NCBI GenBank assembly: GCA_005222975.1
Contig: NJBI01000002.1
Span: forward strand, 32,001 to 96,000
Source: Promethearchaeota archaeon Loki_b31
Lineage (GTDB): Archaea; Asgardarchaeota; Lokiarchaeia; Sigyniarchaeales; SOKP01
DNA: 64,000 nt
Direction: 5' to 3'
Within the stretch, counting starts at the first letter, position 1. The number at the start of each line of letters is the position of its first letter. Position numbers and translations under genes: made by a program. The notes under the pieces were generated by a model. That model ran no database searches and had not been told where the DNA came from. It saw only the letters and a program-made list of their open reading frames with translations. Shown piece after piece: positions 29,248 through 40,402 of the stretch.

Positions 29248-30555
29248 ATGGAAAATCGTTCAAATAAAAAATATATTGGGACTTTATCACAGAAAGAGTT
29301 AATGAAATTATACGCAAAGCATGTGAACGCACCAAAAGTTCGCACTTTTAAAGGATTTGGGTTAGGAATCGTACCAGGAGAGAGGAAAGGAGTCAAATTT
29401 AGGACACTTGCTGGACCAAGACCCTCTGATTCACCAATGGAACTGTTTGATTGCCACACATGTGGAGGTGTTTATAATTTAGGTCATCAAAATCCAAGAA
29501 TTATTCAAGTTCTTAAGGATGCTTTAGATGGTGGGCTAGATATCGGTGATCATCTGCAATTATCAGAATGGAGAGCTATTTTGGGGAAAAAATTAGCGGA
29601 ATTAATGCCTCCAGGAATAACAAAAACCACATTTGGAGTTAGCGGTGGTGAAGCAGTTGATACTGCCATTAAGTTTTCAAGGGCATATACAAAAAGGAAA
29701 GGATGTATCTCCGCAATTGGAGGATTTCACGGACATACCGGATTTGCCTTGGCAACTGGAGACCCTGGCTTTAAAGAAAACTTTCTATGGAATCTTCCTG
29801 GTTTTGAGCAAGTACCTTTTGGCGATGGAGACGCCTTGAAAAAAACTATTTCGGATGATGTTGCGTGTGTTATTTTAGAAACTATTCCAGCAACAGGCGG
29901 AGTATTAATCGCTCCAGAAGGTTACTTTTCAGAAGTTCGGGAACTCTGCGACGAACATGGGGTTATGATGATCATTGACGAAGTTCAAACCGGACTTGGA
30001 CGAACAAGTCATTTCTGGGCGATTTATGGCGGTTTATATGAGAATGAAAAAGTTGTTCCTGATTTTATGGTTTTAGGGAAAGGTATGAGCTCTGGGATAT
30101 ATCCAATCTCTACTTGTAGTTACAAACCATTTATAGAGAAGTCAGTTTTTAAGGAGGATCCGTTCATTCATATTTCTACAACTGGTGGCTCAGATTTAGG
30201 TTGTACGATTGCGTGCGAGATGTTAGACATACAGTCCGATCCCGAATTTTTAAAACATGTAAAAGAAATGGGTAAGTTATTTGGTAAAGGTTTAGAAGAA
30301 ATAGCGGACGATAATTCTGAACTAATAAAAGAAGTGAGGGGAAGAGGGCTTATATGGGGAATGGAGTTTAATAGCGAAACATTTGGGCAATTAGCTATGC
30401 TCTCCATAATAAAAGAAGGCGTCTTACAAAATTACTGTGGTAATAGAAAAGATACTCTTATTATGATGCCACCATTAATCGTGAAAGAAGAAGAAATTGA
30501 AGAGATTATAGAGAGAATAGGTAAAGGTGTCCATAATCTTAAAAAATTAAGTTAA
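29248..30555 (+). CDS. Class III PLP aminotransferase (putrescine/ornithine aminotransferase-like)
   Basis: SGGEAV, FHG, DEVQTGLGRT, GKGMS and VRGRGL motifs. Confidence 0.92.
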   Translation: MENRSNKKYIGTLSQKELMKLYAKHVNAPKVRTFKGFGLGIVPGERKGVKFRTLAGPRPSDSPMELFDCHTCGGVYNLGHQNPRIIQVLKDALDGGLDIGDHLQLSEWRAILGKKLAELMPPGITKTTFGVSGGEAVDTAIKFSRAYTKRKGCISAIGGFHGHTGFALATGDPGFKENFLWNLPGFEQVPFGDGDALKKTISDDVACVILETIPATGGVLIAPEGYFSEVRELCDEHGVMMIIDEVQTGLGRTSHFWAIYGGLYENEKVVPDFMVLGKGMSSGIYPISTCSYKPFIEKSVFKEDPFIHISTTGGSDLGCTIACEMLDIQSDPEFLKHVKEMGKLFGKGLEEIADDNSELIKEVRGRGLIWGMEFNSETFGQLAMLSIIKEGVLQNYCGNRKDTLIMMPPLIVKEEEIEEIIERIGKGVHNLKKLS

Positions 30556-30573
30556 TAATATTTTTTTCTCAAT

Positions 30574-32922
30574 TTAGGAGTCACTATGATATTTAAATCT
30601 ACTTAATTTATAGATTTCTTGAGCGATTTTCTTTCCAATATTCTCAACTTTTAATAAATCACCAATTTCAGCGTTGAAAATATCTTGGAGGGATTTCAAT
30701 TCTCGAAGAAGGTTTCTTGCTCTAAGCGAATTTACGCCAGGAACGCCTGCAACAATATATTCTAATAAACGAGAAATTTCGATGGGTTTCTTCTCAAACC
30801 TTAGTTTTAATTCACCTTTAATACTAGATTGTTCTTTTTTCGCTAATTGAAAAAGGAAAGTAGCAGTTTCAGTGGAATCTTTTGTTTTGTATATAGAAAT
30901 TCCTAAATTCAAAATAATGGAAGTTATTGCACCGTAGAGCGCGTTTTGATTAATATTTGAATTAATAAAAGGGTCTCCTTCTAAAATTAAGATGGGTCTA
31001 ATAAAGTTATTTTTTAAATCGTTCAATTCGTTAAATAATCTTCCATCTTTAATAGAATCATTAAAATCTTGGGCAGATTTTCGTTCAATCCCAACTCTTT
31101 CCGACACTATGTAATCAGCCACAGCTAGTTGTTTTAATTTTAAATCAACTCCCATTAAAGATAGTGTTCTAACAACCGCAGAGGCTGTTTCTCTATTGTC
31201 ACAAATAATTGTAAATTTTTCAGCACCTTCAATTTTTTGGATCAACTGAATTTCATTTTGATTTTTTAAATTAGCCTTATCTCTACCTTCTTTTTCTTTT
31301 TTAACGAAATTTAAGAGACTCGATTGCCCAACAACTTTAGAGTTGGAATCAGTTTCTTTTATTTTTTTTAAACTCTGTTTCATAGTACGCTCCTTAGCTC
31401 TTTCTGCCCAATAGTACCCTTCATCACGGGTACCCTCAGCCATTAAAATAATAACTTTTCCTTCTTTTTCTCTACCAGTCCTCCCGCGACGTTGAATTGA
31501 ACGTACAGCACTCGGAACGACATCATAAAAAATAACTAAATCACATTCTGCTATATCTAATCCTTCTTCGCCAACACTCGTCGCTATTAACGTATTGTAA
31601 ATTCCCTTTTTAAAGTCGTCAAGAAGTCTTATTTGTTCCTTTTGAGTTAAACCTTTGTCAGATGTTTTACTCTGTTGTCCAACGAATTTATGTGCCGTTA
31701 TGCTTGGATCTTTTTTAAGAAATTTAACTATATTGTTAACAGAATCCCGAAAATGACAAAATACCAAAATTCTTGAATTATTATCTCCAATTATCTGATT
31801 ATGTAGAATTTCCGCTAATTTTTCTAGTTTAGGATGTACAACTCCCTTTATTTTGTTAGATTCAATTAATTTAATAACGCGTTTAATGTCAGGATCTCTT
31901 AGGAGTTCTTTTAACGATTTATTTGCTGTATTTTGTTTTATCTTTTCTATGTTTTTTTTCATGTAATCATCTAAAGCGCTCAACCCCTGAGTTTCTATTA
32001 GTTCATCCATATGAGAAAGCCTTATAGCATTTGCAGTATATTTTTTAGCCGTAAATAATTGGAACTTCTCGTCATCAGCTCTAGATGTCGAAATCCTCCC
32101 ATTAATTACTTTATCTAAAGCTAATAAATTCTTTCTTGTAACTTTAGAGATATCTGATGTATTCAATAATTCTTTTTGCTTTAACCATTTATAAATTGTT
32201 CTTAATTTTTCTGTAATAACTTTTTTAATTTCTAAAAACTCGCTTGGAAGCTTAACCTTAATCCACTCGTTATCGACTTTGTAAATATAAGGTTTAACGT
32301 CTGAATCAAGATCTGTTCTAATTTCAAGGTGATCGATAAATAAATTTTTTTTTATTTCATTAATCTTCCCTTCCGTTGATCCTGGACTTGCCGTAAGCCC
32401 TAATATTTGAGGATTTTTCGAGGATTCCATGTACTTTTTAGCAATAAAACAATATGCGTAATTCCCAACAGCACGATGACATTCATCAAAAATAATTAAA
32501 CTAACACTATTTAGTGAATAAAGATTTGAAATTACATCATTTTGGAGCACTTGTGGCGTCATAAAAGCGACCTTTAAACCATCCCATAATTCTTTCCTTT
32601 TTTCTGGTGAAGTCGTTCCTGTAATTGCTTTCAAGCTTTGAGAAGGAATAACAGTTAATCCTAAGAACGATTTATAATGTTGATTAACTAATGGTTTGGT
32701 TGGAGCTAAAAATATTACTTTTGAATTGGGTTTTTCTGTTAATCTCTGTACCGCTAACATTAAGCCTATAATAGTTTTTCCTAGCCCCGTAGGAATAACC
32801 ACTAAACAATTGGTGTTTAGGCAATTAATAAATATACTTTCTTGATAAGCTCTCCTTAAGACTGTATTTTCTTTAATTAAAGGGTGAGATATATACTGTT
32901 CTTTTTTCGATATAGAGATCAC
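30574..32922 (-). CDS. hef: Hef/FANCM-like SF2 helicase fused to ERCC4 nuclease
   Basis: PTGLGKT, DECH, TASPG and QRRGRTGR; C-terminal DNRE, ADY, ERKS-x2-D and HhH. Confidence 0.95.
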   Translation of the reverse strand: MISISKKEQYISHPLIKENTVLRRAYQESIFINCLNTNCLVVIPTGLGKTIIGLMLAVQRLTEKPNSKVIFLAPTKPLVNQHYKSFLGLTVIPSQSLKAITGTTSPEKRKELWDGLKVAFMTPQVLQNDVISNLYSLNSVSLIIFDECHRAVGNYAYCFIAKKYMESSKNPQILGLTASPGSTEGKINEIKKNLFIDHLEIRTDLDSDVKPYIYKVDNEWIKVKLPSEFLEIKKVITEKLRTIYKWLKQKELLNTSDISKVTRKNLLALDKVINGRISTSRADDEKFQLFTAKKYTANAIRLSHMDELIETQGLSALDDYMKKNIEKIKQNTANKSLKELLRDPDIKRVIKLIESNKIKGVVHPKLEKLAEILHNQIIGDNNSRILVFCHFRDSVNNIVKFLKKDPSITAHKFVGQQSKTSDKGLTQKEQIRLLDDFKKGIYNTLIATSVGEEGLDIAECDLVIFYDVVPSAVRSIQRRGRTGREKEGKVIILMAEGTRDEGYYWAERAKERTMKQSLKKIKETDSNSKVVGQSSLLNFVKKEKEGRDKANLKNQNEIQLIQKIEGAEKFTIICDNRETASAVVRTLSLMGVDLKLKQLAVADYIVSERVGIERKSAQDFNDSIKDGRLFNELNDLKNNFIRPILILEGDPFINSNINQNALYGAITSIILNLGISIYKTKDSTETATFLFQLAKKEQSSIKGELKLRFEKKPIEISRLLEYIVAGVPGVNSLRARNLLRELKSLQDIFNAEIGDLLKVENIGKKIAQEIYKLSRFKYHSDS

Positions 32923-33077
32923 CAGAAAATATCGTTCTAAAAGGCTTTTTAAAGTTATGTTTTTAATATATGTTTTAAAGTTATAGAGTCTATAGAATCT
33001 CTTAAATTATATTAATACCTTTTTAATAATTAGATATTAAATTTATTTTAAAAAATTTAAATTTCTCAATAAAATTT

Positions 33078-33214
33078 GCGCGAGTGGTTTAGCCGTATAA
33101 CGACACGCTCACACCGTGTAAATCTTCGCTGATTTACAGCGTAAATCTCGACGGTCGGGGGTTCAAAAATTTGGAAATCTCTTTCAAATTGAATAATTCC
33201 CCCCTTGCGCACCA
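33078..33214 (+). tRNA. tRNA-Val(CAC) with two non-canonical introns (33121-33152 at 44/45; 33167-33196 at 58/59), CCA encoded
   Basis: Acceptor GCGCGAG/CTTGCGC-A-CCA; anticodon arm ACACG-CTCACAC-CGTGT. Removing both inserts restores variable loop AGGTC and T arm GGGGG-TTCAATT-CCCCC. Confidence 0.85.
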
Positions 33215-33311
33215 TACTTAAGCGAGGGAAAAATTTAAACTTACTTAATTTACGATAAAAACCAAAAAAGTTTTATTTTATATTACATTTCAAAATTTAA
33301 TTACTATTTCT

Positions 33312-33626
33312 TTGGTTTATGTTATGTCTTCTTTTTTAGAGTCTCGTGAATTGAGAAAGTTGTATAAAGAAGTTCGAAAAGATATTAAGGTCGGTTTTAT
33401 TTTTCTTTCCAGATATGAAAAAGCGCGCATCATTGGTGCAAGAGCACTGCAAATTTCATACGGGGCTCCTATATTAATAGATAAGCCTAAGAATTTAATA
33501 GACCCAATTAAGATAGCATTACTTGAATTAAAATCTAAAATTTTACCCTTAACAATTCGAAGGGAATATCCTTCAGGAGTATATCAAGATATTCCTATTA
33601 ATAAATTAATTCTTAAAAAAGATTAA
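33312..33626 (+). CDS. rpoK: RNA polymerase subunit K (Rpo6)
   Basis: [22 protein letters not shown]...LPLTIRR. ATG at 33324 is an alternative start. Confidence 0.95.
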   Translation: MVYVMSSFLESRELRKLYKEVRKDIKVGFIFLSRYEKARIIGARALQISYGAPILIDKPKNLIDPIKIALLELKSKILPLTIRREYPSGVYQDIPINKLILKKD

Positions 33627-33683
33627 TGCATTTTAGATATTCATATGTAAAAAATGTTTTAGTCGCTCCATTATCCTTTAATT

Positions 33684-34145
33684 TTATTGAATTCTGTATT
33701 TCCCTCTTTCTGTAAGAATATATACAATATTTCCTTCGACTTGCTCTGTTTCTAAATAACCCTTAGAAATTAAAACTTCTAGAATTTTTTCTAAATCTGC
33801 TTTTTTAAATGGTTCAATACCCAACTGTATTTTACTTTGATTAACAACAATCGCGATGCGTGTAAGAAACATTCTTTTACTTATAAACGATTCAAGAACT
33901 GTAAGCTCATCGTTAGAAAGGCGTTCAAATTGATCGTGTTCTAAAATTTGGTCTTTAAGAGTTTTGGCAAGCTCTATTGTATCTTGACTTACTTCTTGTT
34001 TCTTTACTTCAACATGTTTTAATTGCACCAAATCTTTTGCAACTGGTGATTTTTTATTTTGAGCCATTTGCTCTAAGTAATTACGAATTTTTTCTTTATC
34101 CCCTACTTCTCTTTTCGAATTCTTATCTTCATTTTTATTCTCCAT
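33684..34145 (-). CDS. Hypothetical protein with C-terminal winged helix
   Basis: LEKILEVLISKGYLE...YILTERG wHTH-like ending. Confidence 0.7.
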   Translation of the reverse strand: MENKNEDKNSKREVGDKEKIRNYLEQMAQNKKSPVAKDLVQLKHVEVKKQEVSQDTIELAKTLKDQILEHDQFERLSNDELTVLESFISKRMFLTRIAIVVNQSKIQLGIEPFKKADLEKILEVLISKGYLETEQVEGNIVYILTERGKYRIQ

Positions 34146-34190
34146 AATAATACGATAAGGAATTTAATTATAAAAACTTATATTCAATTA

Positions 34191-34757
34191 ATGAAAAAAG
34201 TTTTAAAGTTAAAAACTGGAGAAACTATTACCATTAGACACGTCAAAGAATCAGATATTGACGGAATTTGGAATAATTTCAATAGTGTTGTTGATGAAGG
34301 GTTATATCTTCCAGTTTTTTTCCCGGTAAGATCTGAATTCGAAAAAAAATCGTGGTATAATAATATTAAAAAAGAAAGAGAAATATGTATTGTAGCTACT
34401 CACCCAAAATTAAAAAAGCCATACAATATCCTTGGTCAATGTGAAATCTCAAATCTTGAATGGGATGCTGCCACTCACGTAGGTAAATTAGGTATAATTG
34501 TACAAACAAAATTTAGAGATTTAGGTATTGGATTTAATTTAATTGACGAAGCGATTCGAGAATCTAAAAATCTAAATAATAAAGAAAAAATTATCTTAAG
34601 TTGTTTTTCTAATAACAAAAGAGCTCTATACCTTTATAAAAAAATGGGTTTTCAAATATTAGGTATAAGAAAGAAACAATTTTATATGGATTCTAAGTAT
34701 TACGACGAAATTCTATTGGATTTGTGGATAGATGATTATTTAGCCAACAACCCTTAA
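34191..34757 (+). CDS. GNAT family N-acetyltransferase
   Basis: V-x3-FR-x2-GIG and N-x2-A-x2-LYKKMGF motifs. Confidence 0.9.
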   Translation: MKKVLKLKTGETITIRHVKESDIDGIWNNFNSVVDEGLYLPVFFPVRSEFEKKSWYNNIKKEREICIVATHPKLKKPYNILGQCEISNLEWDAATHVGKLGIIVQTKFRDLGIGFNLIDEAIRESKNLNNKEKIILSCFSNNKRALYLYKKMGFQILGIRKKQFYMDSKYYDEILLDLWIDDYLANNP

Positions 34758-34784
34758 ATTCTTTAGAATTCGAAAGGGATTTCT

Positions 34785-36224
34785 TTACGGAAATCGAGTT
34801 CTCTTTTGATAGATTTCCCAACTCTCGGGAGTTAACGGATTTTCGTTTAGAAAAATAAAGTTCAAATTTTTTAAATTAGCAACATAACTCATATTAAATT
34901 CTTTGATGTGATTATTTTCTAAAAAAAGTATAATTAGACCTTTTAGATTACTAATTCCTTCCAATCCTTTAATACGATTTTTATCAATAAACAACTCTTG
35001 GAGATTTGTAAGATTGTCTAATCCACCAAGCGATAGAATTTTATTGTTAGAAATCTCTAATTTATTTAAATCTACTAGATTTTCTAAACCCTCAATTCGC
35101 TCAATATAATTATTGGATAAATTTAAAACTTTTAAGCTTAGCAAGTGCTTTAACCCCTGAATATGAGTGATCTTATTATTGTTTATATGTAAAGTAACTA
35201 AATTCTCGAGTTTTTCTAAACCAGAAATTGTTTCTATTTGATTAAAAGACAAAAAAAGGTTTCTTAAATTACCTAAATTATCGAGATTTTTTAGTTTTAA
35301 AATAGCGTTATAGCTAAGATTTAACAGTGCTAAATCGCATAAATTATCTAAATTTTCAATTTCTGTAATTAAGTTCCGATCCAACGATAATTTTTTTAAA
35401 TTACCTAAATCCAGATTTTCAATCTTCTTTATTTTATTTGAAGATAAAGAGATTTCCTGGAGATTATTCAGACCGTTTAAATTTTCAATCTTTTTAATTT
35501 GATTCTGTGATAAATTTAAAGTTTTTAATTGTGTTAAATGGCTAAGGCCATGAATGTTATGAATGTTATTTCTTTGGAGTTGTAAATGCTCTAATTTAAC
35601 AAGCTTATTAAAAGCCTGAATTTCAGAAATATCATTCAACTTACCACCCTCACAATTTAACAAGATAATTAATCCCTCCCTTAACGTTACATTGTATCCA
35701 CAAGAATTTACATAATAGTCGTAAAGAATTAAATTAAAGCAAACTTCTAAAATTGCACGCGGAATGGGTGTATCGTAATTAGAATTAAATATTTCTTCGG
35801 CAAACTCATAATTTTTTTTCTTAAAATTTAATTTAATAGCTTTCTTCAAATAATCTTTAATGATTTTACGAGCTTTTTTTGTGTCAATCAAGTTTAATAT
35901 TTCTACAGCAAAGAATTTTTGATCCATATTATTTACATCATTTAGCGTAAACTCTAAAAGAGATACGAACTTTTTATGATAAAAATAGTTGTTTCGTAAG
36001 ATGTTCCCTGAAAAACCTCTGATTTCAAAGCTCTCATCTGAAAGAAATAATTGTTCAAAAAATTTAAACTCCTTTCCCTCATCCAATGAAGAATAGAGGT
36101 TTAACGCGGTTTCCCTTATACTGATCTTATCTGAATTTACAATCCACTCTTTTAATATATCTCTTGCTGTTTTTTTACCAATTTGTTCCAAATTTTTTTT
36201 AATGTAATCAGGATTTAAATCCAT
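34785..36224 (-). CDS. Leucine-rich repeat protein (SDS22-like repeats) with helical N-terminal domain
   Basis: About 12 repeats of L-x2-L-x-L-x2-N-x-I-x2-IE-x-L. Confidence 0.92.
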   Translation of the reverse strand: MDLNPDYIKKNLEQIGKKTARDILKEWIVNSDKISIRETALNLYSSLDEGKEFKFFEQLFLSDESFEIRGFSGNILRNNYFYHKKFVSLLEFTLNDVNNMDQKFFAVEILNLIDTKKARKIIKDYLKKAIKLNFKKKNYEFAEEIFNSNYDTPIPRAILEVCFNLILYDYYVNSCGYNVTLREGLIILLNCEGGKLNDISEIQAFNKLVKLEHLQLQRNNIHNIHGLSHLTQLKTLNLSQNQIKKIENLNGLNNLQEISLSSNKIKKIENLDLGNLKKLSLDRNLITEIENLDNLCDLALLNLSYNAILKLKNLDNLGNLRNLFLSFNQIETISGLEKLENLVTLHINNNKITHIQGLKHLLSLKVLNLSNNYIERIEGLENLVDLNKLEISNNKILSLGGLDNLTNLQELFIDKNRIKGLEGISNLKGLIILFLENNHIKEFNMSYVANLKNLNFIFLNENPLTPESWEIYQKRTRFP

Positions 36225-36677
36225 CTTTAAACGATTAAAATATATGTTTGAAATCTTCTATTAAAGAATCGTATTGCTTATTTAAAATATATTCTTCAAT
36301 TTCAGATATATACAAATTTTTCTTTTTTAATTACTTAAATTCATTTGTATACACAAATAGATTTTATTGGGATTTCAAAAGTTATGATTTGTTATACCAA
36401 ATAAAAAAAAGAAAAAATTAAATTAAAAAATTATTTTGTGATTTTTCCATATTAATAGGAATATAACCTTATTTTTTTTAAAGAAATACCCCCCAAATAT
36501 CTCAATTTTTTTGTAATAAAAAATATTTATATATATCTAATTTATTATTATGATAATTTGAATTTGTTATAATTTGTCGATATTATTATACTCTAAAAAA
36601 TAATATTGATAAATGTATAAAAAATTTTGAATAAAATTAACAAGCCAAAATAAATAAAAATTAAAAAGCTGAATATT

Positions 36678-37823
36678 ATGGCAGAAGAAGAAAGTTTTTT
36701 AAACGCGAAAGCCTTAGTCGTTGATAACGGTACCGGGATTTCAAAAAATGGTTTCGCTGGTGAAGACCAACCTCGTTCTGTATTTCCAACTCTTATTGGC
36801 TATCCTAAGTATGAATCGATAATGACTGATGTCGAACATTACACTCGAGAATATTACATTGGAGAGGAAGCTATGCAACTTAAAGGTGTTTTAAAGTTGA
36901 TGTTTCCTGTAGAACACGGTATTATCGAAGATTGGACTGCTATGGAAAAGATTTGGCATTACACGTTTTACACCGACTTACGAATCGATCCTAGCGAACA
37001 TCCAGTTCTTTTAACTGAAGCTCCATTAAACCCAAGACCAAATAGAGAAAAAATGGCTGAAATAATGTTTGAAACATTCAACGTTCCAGCCCTTTACGTT
37101 GCGATGCAAGCGGTTCTATCTCTTTACGCCTCTGGTCGTACTACGGGATGCGTAATAGATATTGGAGACGGAGTCTCTCACGTCGTACCTATTTTCGAAG
37201 GTTTCGCTTTAAGTCATGCTATCCAAAGAATCGATCTTGCTGGCCGTGATATCACAACATACCTACAAAGATTACTCCGTCAAAAAGGGTATTCCTTTAC
37301 AACTTCTGCAGAGAAAGAAATCGTCAGAGATATCAAAGAAAAACTCTGCTATGTAGCAATCGATCCAGAGAAAGAAATGATGCTTTCAAAGAAAGTTGCT
37401 GGAATGGAAAAAAGCTACATGCTTCCTGACGGAGAAACTATAAATGTAGGTGTCGAAAGATTTTTAGCACCTGAATGCTTCTTCAATCCATCAGTAATCG
37501 GGAAAGAATTAGAACCTCTCGATGATGTTATTGTCGGTGCTATTTCAGAATGTGATGTCGACCTTCGTAGAGACCTTTATGGTAATATTGTGCTTTCTGG
37601 TGGCTCAACAATGTTCCCTGGAATCAAAGAAAGATTAACCAAGGAAATTAAGGAACAGATTCCAGAGTCCGTTGATGTTAAAATCATTGCCCCTCCAGAG
37701 CGTATGTATTCCGTATGGATTGGTGGTTCAATTTTGAGCTCTCTAAAAACGTTTCACCGAATGTGGGTTACGCGTAGAGAATACAAAGAGATGGGCCCCC
37801 AAGTAATTCACCGCTGCTTTTAA
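36678..37823 (+). CDS. Actin (lokiactin)
   Basis: [60 protein letters not shown] and C-terminal HRCF. Confidence 0.97.
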   Translation: MAEEESFLNAKALVVDNGTGISKNGFAGEDQPRSVFPTLIGYPKYESIMTDVEHYTREYYIGEEAMQLKGVLKLMFPVEHGIIEDWTAMEKIWHYTFYTDLRIDPSEHPVLLTEAPLNPRPNREKMAEIMFETFNVPALYVAMQAVLSLYASGRTTGCVIDIGDGVSHVVPIFEGFALSHAIQRIDLAGRDITTYLQRLLRQKGYSFTTSAEKEIVRDIKEKLCYVAIDPEKEMMLSKKVAGMEKSYMLPDGETINVGVERFLAPECFFNPSVIGKELEPLDDVIVGAISECDVDLRRDLYGNIVLSGGSTMFPGIKERLTKEIKEQIPESVDVKIIAPPERMYSVWIGGSILSSLKTFHRMWVTRREYKEMGPQVIHRCF

Positions 37824-37875
37824 GCCCTTTCGGGCAACCTCCTAATTTTTTTGAATTTTTTATTTTTCTTTTTTA
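37824..37875 (+). terminator. Probable actin terminator
   Basis: GCCC-TTTC-GGGC hairpin immediately after the stop, then several T-tracts. Confidence 0.55.
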
Positions 37876-37996
37876 TTATTTTTTTAATTCCTTAAATTAA
37901 ATACGAAAAAAAAAGGTAAATGCAATTTTACAGTTTCTCGTAGTTTAATATATTTGAGATTTAATCAGATTTATGGTGATCTTTCTAAATTACGAA

Positions 37997-38356
37997 TTAA
38001 ATTTTTTCGATATTTGCTCCATAACTCTTACAGTAATTGTTACTTAAAAGATTCTCTTTACTACAATTCTTGTCAAATTTCAGTTCTATATTTTGGTTGG
38101 ATAATCCAGACATATTCTTTATTTCATTTAATTTTTTCAAAAAATTCGGATCTTGTTCACGAATTAGTTTCATAGGTTTAGCTCCGATGTATTGAGCCCA
38201 TTTTTTCGTAATCATTTGTGGCGTTAGCCATTGCATCCCATAACCGAATGATAAACTTACATTCATGGTAATATAGGTGGTTGATTCGTTGGGATCGAAA
38301 CCTATAGTCATAAAGTAGGTTTCACCATAGGATCCCATAGAGATATCCTTTTTCAC
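37997..38356 (-). pseudogene. Probable gene remnant with degenerate C-terminal Zn ribbon
   Basis: Frame extends about 25 codons upstream with no start codon; tail FDKNC...YCKSYG has lost two of four Zn-ribbon Cys. Confidence 0.45.
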
Positions 38357-38473
38357 ATTTATTGTATAGAATAGATTAAATTGAATAAATTCTTCACCTA
38401 CATCCCAGCAATCTGCTAATGATTTATAGAGTTAGGAAAAAAAGATTACTTCTAATTCTTTGATTTATTGCAT

Positions 38474-39475
38474 TTAACTTTCGATACTTTGTCTCGATTT
38501 TGATTTAATTATCGAAATCTTATTCGTCATCAGAAGCATACCTAATACAGCATTAAGTATCAGAAATCCTAAAGAAATAAACAAGAATAGAAAAAACATA
38601 CTTGATAGGAAGAGAAACAAGAATATAGTATAAAAAGGGAACAATAAAACACTAACAATTAGCATTTCAAAGATAAAAGTTTTATTAAATTCTTTTTTGT
38701 TTTCCTTTTTTTGGTCTTTTTCTTTTTTACTTTTGATCTCGTTCTTTTCCTCATCCGAAAGAAAAAAATAATTTCTTTCCCTCAAATGTTTATCTCCATT
38801 AAAATAGAATAATAAATTTAAACCAAAAAGAATACATATTTCCACCGTCAAAACCCAAAGATGATTTTTTTCTGTAAAATCCTTTAAGAATTCGAGACCT
38901 CCGAAGTTTCCATTTACCTTAACTGCTATAAATAAAAGATCTCCTAAGTAAAGAACTCCCCAAAAAATTACTACTAAAATCATTAAGCAAATGGCAACAC
39001 CTGGGCCTTTTAAAGGAAATCTTTTAAATTTGTGTGAATATTCTTTAATTTGAAGGAATCCTGCTAACCAATACATAGATGTCCATATGGCGATAAAAGA
39101 TAGAATTATAATTATGGTTATTAATACTGCCTCAAGGAAGGTCGGTTGATAATAAGAAATAACTCTCACATTCAATTCATGTTCATATGCAAAATTTAAT
39201 AATCCTAAAAATGGGGAAAGTATAAGAATTATAAAATTAACAATAAAAACTCTTATTGTTTCAAAGAACGATTGCTTCATTTTTATATTTATCAACAAGG
39301 CTCTTTTTTCATGATCTTTCCAATACAGGGCAGTTTCAGGTTTATCGGATACTATATTGATAAGTAAAAATGAGGTTCCAAGAAAAGTTAACATCTTAAC
39401 ATAGGTCATAATGGAAAAAAAGAGATTTGAATATGCCCAATAAGAAACTACTACAGTTAGAATAAATGTTATCAC
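38474..39475 (-). CDS. Hypothetical multi-pass membrane protein
   Basis: At least 333 aa, about 8 TM. Frame stays open upstream of the GTG with no canonical start. Confidence 0.7.
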   Translation of the reverse strand: MITFILTVVVSYWAYSNLFFSIMTYVKMLTFLGTSFLLINIVSDKPETALYWKDHEKRALLINIKMKQSFFETIRVFIVNFIILILSPFLGLLNFAYEHELNVRVISYYQPTFLEAVLITIIIILSFIAIWTSMYWLAGFLQIKEYSHKFKRFPLKGPGVAICLMILVVIFWGVLYLGDLLFIAVKVNGNFGGLEFLKDFTEKNHLWVLTVEICILFGLNLLFYFNGDKHLRERNYFFLSDEEKNEIKSKKEKDQKKENKKEFNKTFIFEMLIVSVLLFPFYTIFLFLFLSSMFFLFLFISLGFLILNAVLGMLLMTNKISIIKSKSRQSIES

Positions 39476-39650
39476 TATTGCATATCCAAACTTTAGAACT
39501 ATACCTTTTTTATTGACACTAATGTTATTTTTTATCTCAATATAGTAATCTTGAGTTTTTTTAGAATTGTTGTTTATAATTATCCTATCCTTTATGATTA
39601 TTTTAAGATTAATTCGTAATAAAATTATAGAAAAAAAAAAGTGTATTATT

Positions 39651-39967
39651 TTAACCTACAATGCCATCAGAATCCAGTATATCAAAAGAACAAGCTAATC
39701 CTAATGCAATAAATGACACTGCCATAATACTATATTTTACAGCTACAATAGTACCTGCTGTATATAACAACTCAATTAGTGTGAGTGTAAGCCCTACCCC
39801 AAATAATATAATCATTAAAATTTGTTGAACTAAATCTTCCGTAAAGTAAACAGCGCCTATTGAAGTTAGTATTAGATTGAAAAATCCCGTTATAGCAACT
39901 AACAGTGATCCTATAGTAATAGTACCCTCCGCAGCAAGGGCGAAAAGATAAAGAAATTCCGCCCCAC
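39651..39967 (-). pseudogene. 3' fragment of a membrane protein gene (not in ORF track)
   Basis: Open hydrophobic frame GGAEFLYLFALAAEGTITIGSLLVAITGFFNLIL...DSDGIVG* with no 5' start. Confidence 0.5.
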
Positions 39968-40234
39968 CTAATTGATATCCTTTGGGAACAAATGTGCAAA
40001 TCTGCTGGTTTTAAATTCACCGTTGAAAAGTTAGAAAAAGGAACCCAGATAAAAGTATTATATTGTCCTTTAGTGGATACCGCAAAGGAATTGGAAGCAA
40101 CTGATTGGGGGTATCATTTCTATTGTTTATCCGATTATAGTATTGTGAAAGGATTCAATTCAAATATTGGATTTAGAAGAACAAAGACTTTAATGGAAGG
40201 CTGTGTTTGTTGCGATCATTTCTATTTTAAATAA
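39968..40234 (+). pseudogene. 3' fragment of an L-2-amino-thiazoline-4-carboxylic acid hydrolase-like gene
   Basis: YCP, YCLSD and RTKTLMEG-x2-CCDH motifs; about half the usual length, N-terminus missing. Confidence 0.6.
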
Positions 40235-40402
40235 TTACAGAAATAGGAATTTATAATTATTTTTAACCAAATATTTACTAACTATAAATCGGATATTTTA
40301 GATTCAAAAAAATATAAGTAGATAATAAATTTGATGTTGATTTAAATTAAAATGTATTAAGAAAAAAACGAGATCTAAAAACATTTTAATTATAATATTA
40401 TT

